Assembly: GCF_009914755.1 (NCBI RefSeq)
Contig: NC_060933.1
Origin: the human T2T-CHM13v2.0 reference genome, Homo sapiens
Length of the DNA stretch: 64,000 nucleotides
Strand: one strand, 5' to 3'
Part shown: positions 1 through 14,580 of the stretch, piece by piece
Layout: every line of letters starts with the position of its first letter
Numbering within the stretch: the first letter of the stretch is position 1
Notes under the pieces: generated by a model
What the model saw: the letters and a program-made list of their open reading frames with translations, nothing else
Database searches by the model: none
What the model was told of the DNA's origin: nothing
Translations under genes and position numbers: made by a program

Positions 1-599
1 ATTCTATTCGGGTTAATTCCATTCCATTCCATTCCATTCCATTCCAATCGAGTTGATTCCATTCCATTCCATTCCATTCCATTCCATTCCATTCCACTCC
101 ATTCCAGTCCTTTCCATTCCATTCCACTCGGGTTGATTCCAATGTATTCCTTTCCATTCCATTCCATTCCATTGCAATCGAGTTGATTCCATTGCTTTGC
201 ATTCCATTCCATTCCATTCCATTCCGGATGATTCCATTCCATTGCATTCCATTCTATTCCATTCCCCTGCACTCGGGTTGATTCCATTCCATTCCACTCC
301 ATTCCGTTCCATTCCATTCCATTCCATGGTATTCGGGTTAATTCCATTCCATTCCACTCCATTCCATTCCATTCCATTCCATTCCATCACAAACGAGTTG
401 GTTCCATTCCATTCCATTCCATTCCATTCCATTCCATTCCATTCCATTCCGGATGATTCCATTCCATTACATTCCGTTCCATTACATTCCCCTGCACTCG
501 GGTTGATTCCATTCCATTCCATTCCATTCCATTCCATTCCATTCCGGATGATTCCATTCCATTGCATTCCGTTCCATTACATTCCCTTGCACTCGCGTT

Positions 600-1975
600 G
601 ATTCCATTCCATTCCATTCCATTCCATTCAATTCCATTCCATTACAATTCGTTCCATTCCATTCTATTCCGTACCATTCCATTCCATTCCATACCATTCC
701 ATTCCATACCATTCCATTCCATTCCATTCCATTCCATTCCATTCCGTTCCATTCCGTTCCATTCCATTCCATTCCATTCTATTCGGGTTAATTCCATTCT
801 ATTCCATTCCATTCCATTCTATTCCATTCCATTGCAATCGAGTTGAATCCATTGCATTTCATTCCATTCCATTCCATTCCATTCCATTCCGGAAGATTCC
901 ATTCCATTGCATTCCATTCCATTCCATTCCCCTGCACTCGCGTTGATTCCATTCCATTCCATTCCATTCCATTCCATTCCGTTCCGTTCCGTTCCGTTCC
1001 GTTCCATTCCATTCCATTCCATTCCGTTCCGTTCCATTCCATTCCATTCCATTCCATTCCATTCTATTCGGGTTAATTCCATTCCATTCCATTCGATTGC
1101 AATCGTGTTGATTCCATTCCATTCCATTCCATTCCATTCCATTCCATTCCATTCCATTCCACTCGTGTTGATTCCATTCCTTTCAATTCCATTCGGTTTG
1201 AAGGCATTCCATTCCATTCCATTCCATTCCATTCCATTCCATTGTACTCTGGTTGATTGCATTCCATTGCATTGCATTCCATTCCATTCCGTTGCATTCC
1301 ATTCCATTACATTCGGATTGATTCTATTCAACTCCCTTACATTCCATTACATTCCATTCCATTCGGGTTGTTCCATTCCATTCCATTCCATTCCACTCCA
1401 TTCCATTGCACTCGGGTTGATTCCATTCCATTCCATTCCATTCCATTCCATTCCATTCAATTCCATTCCATTACAGTTCGTTCCATTCCATTCTATTCCG
1501 TACCATTCCATTCCATTCCATACCATTCCATTCCATTCCATTCCATTCCATTCCATTCCGTTCCATTCCGTTCCATTCCGTTCCATTACGTTCCATTCCA
1601 TTCCATTCCATTCTATTCGGGTTAATCCCATTCCATTCCATTCCATTCCATTCTATTCCATTCCATTGCAATCGAGTTGAATCCATTGCATTTCATTCCA
1701 TTCCATTCCATTCCATTCCATTCCGGAAGATTCCATTCCATTGCATTCCATTACATTCCATTCCCCTGCACTCGCGTTGATTCCATTCCATTCCATTCCA
1801 TTCCATTCAATTCCATTCCGTTCCGTTCTGTTCCATTCCATTCCATTCCATTCCATTCCATTCCATTCCGTTCCGTTCCATTCCATTCCATTCCATTCTA
1901 TTCGGGTTAATTCCATTCCATTCCATTCGATTGCAATCGTGTTGATTCCATTCCATTCCATTCCATTCCATTCCG
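600..1975. repeat. Local direct duplication, offset 834 bp (about 600-1140 vs about 1435-1975)
   Basis: The rare variant GCAATCGTGTTG occurs at about 1099 and 1933. AGTTGAATCCATTGCATTTC occurs at 841 and 1675. HSE modules lie at 886 and 1720. Confidence 0.75.
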
Positions 1976-4900
1976 TTCCATTCCATTCCTTTCCATTCCA
2001 TTACGGATGATTCCATTCCATTGCATTCCATTCCATTCCATTCCCCTGTACTCGGGTTGATTCCATTCCATTGCATTCCAATCCATGCCCTTCCACTCGT
2101 GTTGATTCCATTCTTTCCATTCCATTCAATTTGAATCCATTCCATTGCATTCCATTATATTCGATTCCATTCGATTGCGCTCAGGTTGATTCCATTCCAT
2201 TGCATTCCATTCCATTCCATTCCATTCCATTCCGTTCCGTTCCATTCCATTCCATTACATTCGGATTGATTCTATTCAATTCCCTTACACTCCATTACAT
2301 TCCATTCCATTCGGGTAGTTTCCATTGCATTCCATTCCATTCCTCGCCATTCCATTACACTCGGGTTGATTCCATTCCATTGCATTCCATTCCATTCCAT
2401 TCAATTCCATTCCGTTCCATTCCATTCCATCACATTCGGATTGACTCTATTCAACTCCCTTACTCTCCATTACATTCCATTCCATTCGGGTTGTTCCATT
2501 CCATTCCATTCCATTGCACTCCATTCCATTGCACTCGGGTTTATTCCATTCCATTCCATTCCATTCCATTCCATTCCATTCCATTCCGGACGATTCCATT
2601 CCATTGCATTCCATTCCATTCCATTCCCCTGCACTCGCGTTGATTCCATTCCATTCCATTCCATTCCATTCCATTCCATTCCATTCCATTCCTTTCCGTT
2701 CCATTCCATTCCATTCCATTCCATTCCATTCCATTCCGTTCCATTCCATTCCATTCCATTCTATTCGGGTTAATTCCATTCCATTCCATTCGATTGCAAT
2801 CGAGTTGATTCCACTCCATTCCATTCCATTCCATTCCATTCCACTCCATTCCATTCCTTTCTATTCCATTACGGATGATTCCATTCCATTGCATTCCATT
2901 CCATTCCATTCCCCTGTACTCGGGTTGATTCCATTCCATTCCATTCCAATCCATGCCATTCCACTCGTGTTGATTCCATTCTTTCCATTCCATTCAAGTT
3001 GAATCCATGCCATTGCATTCCATTCCATTCCATTCCCCTGCAGTCGGGTTGATTCCATTCCATTCCATTCCATTCCGTTCCGTTCCGTTCTGTTCCGTTC
3101 CGTTCCGTTCCGTTCCATTCCATTCCAATCCATTCTATTCGGGTTAATTCCATTCTATTCCATTCCATTCCATTCCAATCGAGTTGATTCCATTCCATTC
3201 CATTCCATTCCATTCCACTCCATTCCAGTCCTTTCCATTCCTTTCCACTCGGGTTGATTCCAATGTATTCCTTTCCATTCCATTCCATTCCATTGCAATC
3301 GAGTTGATTCCATTGCTTTGCATTCCATTCCATTCCATTCCATTCCGGATGATTCCATTCCATTGCATTCCATTCCATTCCATTCCCCTGCACTCGGGTT
3401 GATTCCATTCCATTCCACTCCATTCCGTTCCATTCCATTCCATTCCATTGTATTCGGGTTAATTCCATTCCATTCCATTCCATTCCATTCCATTCCATTC
3501 CATTCCATTCCATTACAATCGAGTTGATTCCATTCCATTCCATTCCATTCCAGTCCTTTCCATTCCATTCCACTCGGGTTGATTCCATTCTATTAGTTTC
3601 CATTCCATTCCATTCCCTTCCATGCCACTCTGGTTGATTCCATTCCTTTCCATTCCACTCGAATACATTCCCTCCTATTCCACTCGGAACGATTCCATTC
3701 CATTCCATTCTATTCCATTCCATTCCATTCCATTCCATTGCAGTTCGCTCCATTCCGTTCTATTCCGTAGCATTCCATTCCATTCCATTCCATTCCATTC
3801 CATTCCATTCCACTCGTGTTGATTCCATTCCATTCCATTCCATTCGGTTTGAAGGCATTCCATTCCATTCCATTCCATTCCATTCCATTCCATTCCATTG
3901 TACTCGGGTTGATTCCATTCCATTGCATTCCATTCCATTCCATTCCATTCCATTCCATTCCGTTGCATTCCATTCCATTACATTCGGATTGATTCTATTC
4001 AACTCCCTTACTCTCCATTACATTCCATTCCATTCGGGTTGTTCCATTCCATTCCATTCCATTCCACTCCATTCCATTGCACTCGGGTTGATTCCATTCC
4101 ATTCCATTCCATTCCATTCCATTCCATTCCATTCCATTCCGGATGATTCCATTCCATTGCATTCCATTCCATTACATTCCCCTGCACTCGCGTTGATTCC
4201 ATTCCATTCCATTCCACTCCATTCGGTTCCGTTGCATTCCATTCTGTTGCATTCCATTCTATTCGGGTTAATTCCATTCCATTCTATTCCATTCCATTCC
4301 ATTCCATTCCATTGCAATGGAGTTGATTCCATTCCATTCCATTCCATTCCGGATGATTCCAATCCATTGCATTCCATTCCATTCCATTCCCCTGCACTCG
4401 TGTTGATTCCATTCCCTTCCATTCCATTCCATTCCGTTCCATTCCATTCCATTCCATTCTATTCCGGTTAATTACATTCCATTCCATTCCATTCCATTCC
4501 ATTCCATTCCATTGCAATCGAGTTGATTCCATTCCATTCCTTTCCATTCCATTCCATTGCCTTGCATTCCACTCGGGTTGATTCCATTCCCTTCTTTCCA
4601 CTCCATTACATTCCCTTCCATGATTGATTCCATTCCATTCCATTCCATTTCATTCCATTGCAATCCATTCCAATCCATTCCATTCCATTCCATTCCACTC
4701 GAGTTGACTTCATTCCATTCCTTTCCATTCCATTCCATTCCTTTCCACTCGAGTTAATTCCAATCCATTCCAATCCATTGCATTCCATTCCATTCCATTC
4801 CCCTGTACTCGGGTTGAATCCATTCCATTCCATTCCATTCCATTCCATTCCATTCCATTCAATTCCATTACATTGCACTCCGGTTGATTCCATTCCATTC

Positions 4901-5059
4901 CATTCCATTCCATTCCATTCCATTCCATTCCGTTGCATTCCATTCCATTACATTCGGATTGATTCTATTCAACTCCCTTACTCTCCATTACATTCCATTC
5001 CATTCGGGTTGTTCCATTCCATTCCATTTCATTCCACTCCATTCCATTGCACTCGGGTT

Positions 5060-6070
5060 GATTCCATTGCATTCCATTCCATTCCATTCCATTCCGGATG
5101 ATTCCATTCCATTGCATTCCGTTCCATTACATTCCCCTGCACTCGCGTTGATTCCATTCCATTCCATTCCATTCCATTCAATTCCATTCCATTACAATTC
5201 GTTCCATTCCATTCTATTCCGTACAATTCCATTCCATTCCATACCATTCCATTCCATTCCATTCCATTCCATTCCATTCCGTTCCATTCCATTCCATTCC
5301 ATTCTATTCGGGTTAATCCCATTCCATTCCATTCCTTTCCATTCTATTCCATTCCATTGCAATCGAGTTGAATCCATTGCATTTCATTCCATTCCATTCC
5401 ATTCCATTCCGGAAGATTCCATTCCATTGCATTCCATTCCATGCCATTCCCGTGCACTCGCGTTGATTCCATTCCATTCCATTCCATTCCATTCCATTCC
5501 ATTCCATTCCATTCCATTCCTTTTCGTTCCATTCCATTCTATTCCGTATCATTCCATTCCATTCCATTCCATTCCATTCCATTCCATTCCACTCCATTCC
5601 ATTGCACTCGGGTTGATTCCATTCCATTCCATTCCATTCCATTCCATTCCGGATGATTCCATTCCATTGCATTCCGTTCCATTACATTCCCCTGCACTCG
5701 CGTTGATTCCATTCCATTCCATTCCATTCCATTCAATTCCATTCCATTACAATTCGTTCCATTCCATTCTATTCCGTACCATTCCATTCCATTCAATACC
5801 ATTCCATTCCATTCCATTCCATTCCATTCCATTCCATTCCGTTCCATTCCGTTCCATTCCATTCTATTCGGGTTAATTCCATTCCATTCCATTCCATTCT
5901 ATTCCATTCCATTGCAATCGAGTTGAATCCATTGCATTTCATTCCATTCCATTCCATTCCATTCCATTCCGGAAGATTCCATTCCATTGCATTCCATTCC
6001 ATTCCATTCCTCTGCACTCGCGTTGATTCCATTCCATTCCATTCCATTCCATTCCATTCCATTCCGTTCC
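5060..6070. repeat. Local tandem duplication, period about 555 bp
   Basis: GGATG at 5096/5651, AATCCATTGCATTTC at 5371/5926 and HSE at 5406/5966, with the same module order between them. Confidence 0.65.
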
Positions 6071-9000
6071 GTTCCATTCCATTCCATTCCATTCCATTCC
6101 ATTCCGTTCCGTTCCATTCCATTCCATTCCATTCTATTCGGGTTAATTCCATTCCATTCCATTCGATTGCAATCGAGTTGATTCCATTCCATTCCATTCC
6201 ATTCCATTCCATTCCATTCCATTCCATTCCTTTCCATTCCATTACGGATGATTCCATTCCATTGTATTCCATTCCATTCCATTCCCCTGTACTCGGGTTG
6301 ATTCCATTCCATTCCATTCCAATCCATGCCATTCCACTCGTGTTGATTCCATTCTTTCCATTCCATTCAAGTTGAATCCATTCCATTGCATTCCATTCCA
6401 TTCGATTCCATTCGATTGCACTCGGGTTGATTCCATTCCATTGCATTGCATTCCATTCCATTCCTTTCCATTCCATTCCGTTCCATTCCATTTCTTTACA
6501 TTCAGATTGATTCTATTCAATTCCCTTACACTCCATTATATTCCAATCCATTCTGGTTGTTTCCATTCCATTCCATTCCATTTCACTCCATTCCATTGCA
6601 CTCGGGTTGATTCCATTCCATTCCATTCCATTGCATTCCATTCCATTCCATTCCGGATGATTCCATTCCATTGCATTCCTTTCCATTCCATTCCCCTGCA
6701 ATCGGGTTGATTCCATTCCATTCCATTCCATTACATTCCGTTCCATTCCATTCCATTCCATTCGGATTGATTGTATTCAATTCCCTTACGCTCCATTACA
6801 TTCCATTCCATTCGGGTAGTTTCCATTCCATTCCATTTCATTCCTCTCCATTGCATTGCCCTTGGGTTCACTCCATTCCATTCCATTCCATTCCATTCCA
6901 TTACATTACATTCCATTCCACTCCGTTCCATTGTACTCGGTTTGATTCCATTCCATTGCATTCCATTCCATTCCATTCCATTCCATTCCATTCCATTCCG
7001 TTGCATTCCATTACATTCGGATTGATTCTATTCAACTCACTAACTCTCCATTACATTCCATTCCACTCCATTCCATTGCACTCGGGTTGATTCCATTCCA
7101 TTCCATTCCATTCAATTACATTCCATTCCATTCCGGATGATTCCATTCCATTGCATTCTGTTCCATTACTTTCCCCTGCACTCGGGTTGATTCCATTCCA
7201 TTCCATTCCATTCCATTCGATTCCATTCCATTCCAATTCTTTCCATTCCATTCTATTCCGTACCATTCCATTCCATTCCATACAATTCCATTCCATTCCA
7301 TTCCACTCCGTACCGTTCCGTTCCGTTCCGTTCCATTCCATTCCATTCCATTCTATTCGGTTTAATTCCATTCCATTCCATTCTATTCCATTCCATTGCA
7401 ATCGAGTTGAATCCATTGCATTCCATTCCATTCCATTCCATTCCATTCCGGAAGATTCCATTCCATTGCATTCCATTCCATTCCATTCCATTCCATTCCA
7501 TTCCATTCCATTCCATTGTACTCGGGTTGATTCCATTCCATTGCATTCCATTCCATTCCATTCCATTCCGTTCCATTCCATTCCATTACATTCGGATTGA
7601 TTCTTTTCAACTCCCTTACTCTCCATTACAGTCCATTGCACTCGGGTTGATTCCATTCCATTCCATTCAATTCCATTCCGGATGATTCCATTCCATTGCA
7701 TTCTGTTCCATTACATACCCCTGCACTCGGGTTGATTCCATTCCATTCCATTCCATTGCATTCGATTCCATTACATTCCCCTGCACTCGCGTTGATTCCA
7801 TTCCATTCCATACCATTTCATTCCATTCCATTCCATTCCATTCCGTTGCATTCCCTTCCATTCCATTCGATTCCATTCTATTCGGATTAATTCCATTCCA
7901 TTCCATTCCATTCCATTCCATTCCATTCCATTCCATTCCATTCCACTCGGGTTGATTCCATTCTATTAGTTTCCATTCCATTCCATTCCCTTCCATTCCA
8001 CTCTGGTTGATTCCATTCCTTTCCATTCCACTCGAATACATTCCCTCCTATTCCACTCGGAACGATTCCATTCCATTCCATTCCATTCCGTTCTGTTCCA
8101 TTTCATTACATTCAGATTGATTCTATTCAATTCCCTTACACTCCATTATATTCCAATCCATTCTGGTTGTCTCCATTCTATTCCATTCCATTTCACTCCA
8201 TTCCATTGCGCTCAGGTTGATTCCATTCCATTCCATTCTATTCCATTCCATTCCATTCCATTCCGTTCCGGATGATTCCATTCCATTGCATTCCGTTCCA
8301 TTACATTCCCCTGCACTCGGGTTGATTCCATTCCATTCCATTCGATTCCATTCCATTCCAATTCTTTCCATTCCATTCTATTCCGTAGCATTCCATTCCA
8401 TTCCATACAATTCCATTCCATTCCATTCCACTCCGTTCCGTTCCGTTCCGTTCTGTTCCGTTCCATTCCATTCCATTCCATTCTATTCGGTTTAATTCCA
8501 TTCCATTCCATTCCCTTCTATTCCATTCTATTCCATTCCATTGCAAACGAGTTGAATCCATTGCATTCCATTCCATTCCATTCCATTCCATTCCATTCCA
8601 TTGTACTCGGGTTGATTCCATTCCATTGCATTCCACTCCATTCCATTGCACTCGGGTTGATTCCATTCCATTCCATTCCATTCCATTCCATTCCGGATGA
8701 TTCCATTCCATTGCATTCCGTTCCATTACATTCCCCTGCACTCGCGTTGATTCCATTCCATTCCATTCCATTCCATTCAATTCCATTCCATTACAATTCG
8801 TTCCATTCCATTCTATTCCGTACCATTCCATTCCATTCCATACCATTCCATTCCATTCCATTCCATTCCATTCCGTTCCATTCCGTTCCATTCCATTCCA
8901 TTCCATTCCATTCGGGTTAATTCCATTCCATTCCATTCCATTCCATTCCATTCCATTCCGTTCCATTCCATTCCATTCCATTCCATTCCATTCCATTCCA

Positions 9001-11149
9001 TTCCATTCCTTTCCGTTCCATTCCACTCCATTCCATTCTATTCGGGTTAATTCCATTCCATTCCATTCGATTGCAATCGAGTTGATTCCATTCCATTCCA
9101 TTCCATTCCATTCCATTCCTTTCCATTCCATTACGGATGATTCCATTCCATTGCATTCCAATCCAATCCATTCCCCTGTACTCGGGTTGATTCCTTTCCA
9201 TTCCGTTCCAATCCATGCCATTCCACTGGTGTTGATTCAATTCTTTCCATTCCATTCAAGTTGAATGCATTCCAATGCATTCCATTCCATTCGATTCCAT
9301 TCGATTGCACTCGGGTTGATTCCATTCCATTGCATTCCATTCCATTCCATTCCATTCCATTCCATTCCATTCCGTTCCATTCCATTTCATTACATTCAGA
9401 TTGATTCTATTCAATTCCCTTACACTCCATTATATTCCAATCCATTCTGGTTGTTTCCATTCCATTCCATTCCATTTCACTCCATTCCATTGCACTCGGG
9501 TTGATTCCATTCCATTCCATTCCATTGCATTCCATTCCATTCCATTCCGGATGATTCCATTCCATTGCATTCCATTCCATTCCATTCCCCTGAACTCGGG
9601 TTAATTCCATTCCATTCCATTCCAATCCATGCCATTCCACTCGTGTTGATTCCATTCTTTCCATTCCATTCAAGTTGAATCCATTCCATTGCATTCCATT
9701 CCATTCCATTCCCCTGCAGTCGGGTTGTTTCCATTCCATTCCATTCCGTTCCGTTCCATTCCATTCCATTCCATTCTATTCGGGTTAATTCCATTCCATT
9801 CCATTCCATTCCATTCCATTCCAATCGAGTTGATTCCATTCCATTCCATTCCATTCCATTCCATTCCATTCCACTCCATTCCAGTCCTTTCCATTCCATT
9901 CCACTCGGGTTGATTCCAATGTATTCCATTCCATTCCATTCCATTCCATTGCAATCGAGTTGATTCCATTGCTTTGCATTCCATTCCATTCCATTCCATT
10001 CCGGATGATTCCATTCCATTGCATTCCATTCCATTCCATTCCCCTGCACTCGGGTTGATTCCATTCCATTCCACTCCATTCCGTTCCATTCCATTCCATT
10101 CCATTGTATTCGGGTTAATTCCATTCCATTCCATTCCATTCCATTACAATCAAGTTGATTCCATTCCATTCCATTCCATTCCAGTCCTTTCCATTCCATT
10201 CCTCTCGGGTTGATTCCATTCTATTAGTTTCCATTCCATTCCATTCCCTTCCATTCCACTCTGGATGATTCCATTCCTTTCCATTCCACTCGAATACATT
10301 CTCTCCTATTCCACTTGGAACGATTCCATTCCATTCCATTCCATTCCATTCCATTCCATTTCGTTCAATTCCATTCTATTCCGTATCATTCCATTCCATT
10401 CCATTTCATTCCATTCCATTCCATTCCATTCCATTCCATTCCATTCCATTCCATTCCATTGCAATCGAGTTGAATCCATTGCATTTCATTCCATTCCATT
10501 CCATTCCATTCCATTCCGTTGCATTCCATTCCATTACATTCGGATTGATTCTATTCAACTCCCTTACACTCCATTACATTCCATTCCATTCGTGTTGTTC
10601 CATTCCATTCCATTCCATTCCATTCCACTCCATTCCATTGCACTCGGGTTGATTCCATTCCATTCCATTCCATTCCATTCCATTCTGGATGATTCCATTC
10701 CATTGCATTCCGTTCCATTTCATTCCCTTCACTCACGTTGATTCCATTCCATTCCATTCCATTCCATTCAATTCCATTCCATTACAATTCGTTCCATTCC
10801 ATTCTATTCCGTACCACTCCATTCCATTCCATTCCATACCATTCCATTCCATTCCATTCCATTCCATTCCATTCCATTCCATTCTATTCGAATTAATTCC
10901 ATTCCATTCCATTCCATTCCATTCTATTCCATTCCATTGCAATCGAGTTGAATCCATTGCATTTCATTCCATTCCATTCCATTCCATTCCATTCCATTCC
11001 GGAAGATTCCATTCCATTGCATTCCATTCCATTCCATTCCCCTGCACTCGCGTTGATTCCATTCCTTTCCATTCCATTCCATTCCATTCCATTCCATTCC
11101 ATTCCATTCCTTTCCGTTCCATTCCATTCCATTCCATTCCATTCCATTC

Positions 11150-14100
11150 CATTCCATTCCATTCCGTTCCGTTCCATTCCATTCCATTCCATTCTATTCG
11201 GGTTAATTCCATTCCATTCCATTCGATTGCAATCGAGTTGATTCCATTCCATTCCATTCCATTCCATTCCATTCCAGTCCTTTCCATTTCTTTCCATTCC
11301 ATTAGTGATGATTCCATTTCATTGCATTCTATTCCATTCCATTCCCCTGTACTCGGGTTGATTCCATTCCATTCCATTCCAATCCATGCCATTCCACTCG
11401 TGTTGATTCCATTCTTTCCATTCCATTCAAGTTGAATCCATTCCATTGCATTCCATTCCATTCGATTCCATTCGATTGCACTCGGGTTGATTCCATTCCA
11501 TTGCATTCCATTGCATTCCATTCCATTCCATTCCATTCCATTCCATTCCATTCCATACCGTTCCATTCCATTACATTACATTCGGATTGATTCTATTCAA
11601 TTCTCTTACACTCCATTACATTCCATTCCATTCGGGTAGTTTCCATTCCATTCCATTCCATTCCTCTCCATTCCATTGCACTCGGGTTGATTCCATTCCA
11701 TTGCATTCCATTCCATTCCATTCAATTCCATTCCGTTCCATTCCATTCCATTCCATTCGGATTGATTCTATTCAATTCCCTTACACTCCTTTACATTCCA
11801 TTCCATTCGGGTAGTTTCCATTCCATTCCATTCCATTCCTCTCCATTCCATTGCACTCGGGTTGATTCCATTCCATTCCATTCCATTCCATTCCATTCCA
11901 TTACATTACATTCCATTCCGTTCCATTGTACTCGGGTTGATTCCATTCCATTGCATTGCATTCCATTCCATTCCATTCCATTCCATTCCATTCCGTTCCA
12001 TTCCATTACATTCGGATTGATTCTATTGAACTCCCTTACTCTCCATTACATTCCATTCCATTCGGGTTGTTCCATTCCATTCCATTCCATTCCACTCCAT
12101 TCCATTGCACTCGGGTTGATTCCATTCCATTCCATTCCATTCCATTCCATTCCATTCCGGATGATTCCATTCCATTGCATTCCGTTCCATTACATTCCCC
12201 TGCACTCGGGTTGATTCCATTCCATTCCATTCGATTCCATTCCATTCCAATTCTTTCCATTCCATTCTATTCCTTACCATGCCATTGCATTCCATACAAT
12301 TCCTTTCCATTCCATTCCAGTCCGTTCCCTTCCGTTCCGTTCCGTTCCGTTCCATTTCATTCCATTCCATTCTATTCGGGTTAATTCCATTCCATTCCAT
12401 TCGATTGCAATCGAGTTGATTCCATTCCATTCCATTCCATTCCTTTCCATTCCATTACGGATGATTCCATTCCATTGCATTCCATTCCATTCCATTCCCC
12501 TGTACTCGGGTTGATTCCATTCCATTCCATTCCAATCCACGCCATTCCACTCGTGTTGATTCCATTCTTTCCATTCCATTCAAGTTGAATCCATTCCATT
12601 GCATTACATTCCATTCCATTCCCCTGCAGTCGGGTTGATTCCATTCCATTCCATTCCATTCCATTCCATTCCATTCCATTCCATTCCGTTCCGTTCCAAT
12701 CCATTCCATTCCATTCTATTCGGGTTAATTCCATTCCATTCCATTCCATTCCATTCCAATCGAGTTGATTCCATTCCATTCCATTCCATTCCATTCCACT
12801 CCATTCCAGTCCTTTCCATTCCATTCCACTCGGGTTGATTCCAATGTATTCCTTTCCATTCCATTCCATTCCATTGCAATCGAGTTGATTCCATTGCTTT
12901 GCATTCCATTCAATTCCGGATGATTCCATTCCATTGCTTTCCATTCCATTCCATTCTCCTGCACTCGTGTTGATTCCATTCCATTCCACTCCATTCCGTT
13001 CCATTCCATTCCATTCCATTGTATTCGGGTTAATTCCATTCCATTCCATTCCATTCCATTCCATTCCATTCCATTCCATTCCGTTCCGTTCCATTCCATT
13101 CCATTCCATTCTATTCGGGTTAATTCCATTCCATTCCATTCGATTGCAATCGAGTTGATTCCATTCCATTCCATTCCATTCCATTCCATTCCAGTCCTTT
13201 CCATTTCTTTCCATTCCATTAGTGATGATTCCATTCCATTGCATTCTATTCCATTCCATTCCCCTGTACTCGGGTTGATTCCATTCCATTCCATTCCAAT
13301 CCATGCCATTCCACTCGTGTTGATTCCATTCTTTCCATTCCATTCAAGTTGAATCCATTCCATTGCATTCCATTCCATTCGATTCCATTCGATTGCACTC
13401 GGGTTGATTCCATTCCATTGCATTCCATTGCATTCCATTCCATTCCATTCCATTCCATTCCATTCCATACCGTTCCATTCCATTCCATTACATTCGGATT
13501 GATTCTATTCAATTCTCTTACACTCCGTTACATTCCATTCCATTCGGGTAGTTTCCATTCCATTCCATTCCATTCCTCTCCATTCCATTGCAGTCGGGTT
13601 GATTCCATTCCATTGCATTCCATTCCATTCCATTCAATTCCATTCCGTTCCATTCCATTCCATTCCATTCGGATTGATTCTATTCAATTCCCTTACACTC
13701 CATTACATTCCATTCCATTCGGGTAGTTTCCATTCCATTCCATTCCATTCCTCTCCATTCCATTGCACTCGGGTTGATTCCATTCCATTCCATTCCATTC
13801 CATTCCATTACATTACATTCCAATCCATTCCGTTCCATTGTACTCGGGTTGATTCCATTCCATTCCATTCCATTCCATTCCATTCCATTCCATTCCGTTC
13901 CATTCCATTACATTCGGATTGATTCTATTGAACTCCCTTACTCTCCATTACATTCCATTCCATTCGGGTTGTTCCATTCCATTCCATTCCATTCCACTCC
14001 ATTCCATTGCACTCGGGTTGATTCCATTCCATTCCATTCCATTCCATTCCATTCCATTCCATTCCGGATGATTCCATTCCATTGCATTCCGTTCCATTAC

Positions 14101-14580
14101 ATTCCCCTGCACTCGGGTTGATTCCATTCCATTCCATTCGATTCCATTCCATTCCAATTCTTTCCATTCCATTCTATTCCTTACCATGCCATTGCATTCC
14201 ATACAATTCCTTTCCATTCCATTCCACTCCGTTCCCTTCCGTTCCATTCTGTTCCGTTCCATTTCATTCCATTCCATTCTATTCGGGTTAATTCCATTCC
14301 ATTCCATTCGATTGCAATCGAGTTGATTCCATTCCATTCCATTCCATTCCATTCCATTCCATTCCATTCCTTTCCATTCCATTATGGATGATTCCATTCC
14401 ATTGCATTCCATTCCATTCCATTCCCCTGTACTCGGGTTGATTCCATTCCATTCCATTCCAATCCACGCCATTCCACTCTTGTTGATTCCATTCTTTCCA
14501 TTCCATTCAAGTTGAATCCATTCCATTGCATTCCATTCCATTCCATTCCCCTGCAGTCGGGTTGATTCCATTCCATTCCA
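11150..14580. repeat. Recent duplication, offset about 1.91 kb (about 11150-12650 vs about 13070-14580)
   Basis: Private variants are shared by both copies: CCAGTCCTTTCCATTTCTTTCC..TTAGTGATG (11274/13191), TTCTCTTACA (11601/13513), TTCTATTGAACTCC (12021/13923), TCCTTACCATGCC (12271/14178), AATCCACGCC (12534/14461). Confidence 0.85.
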
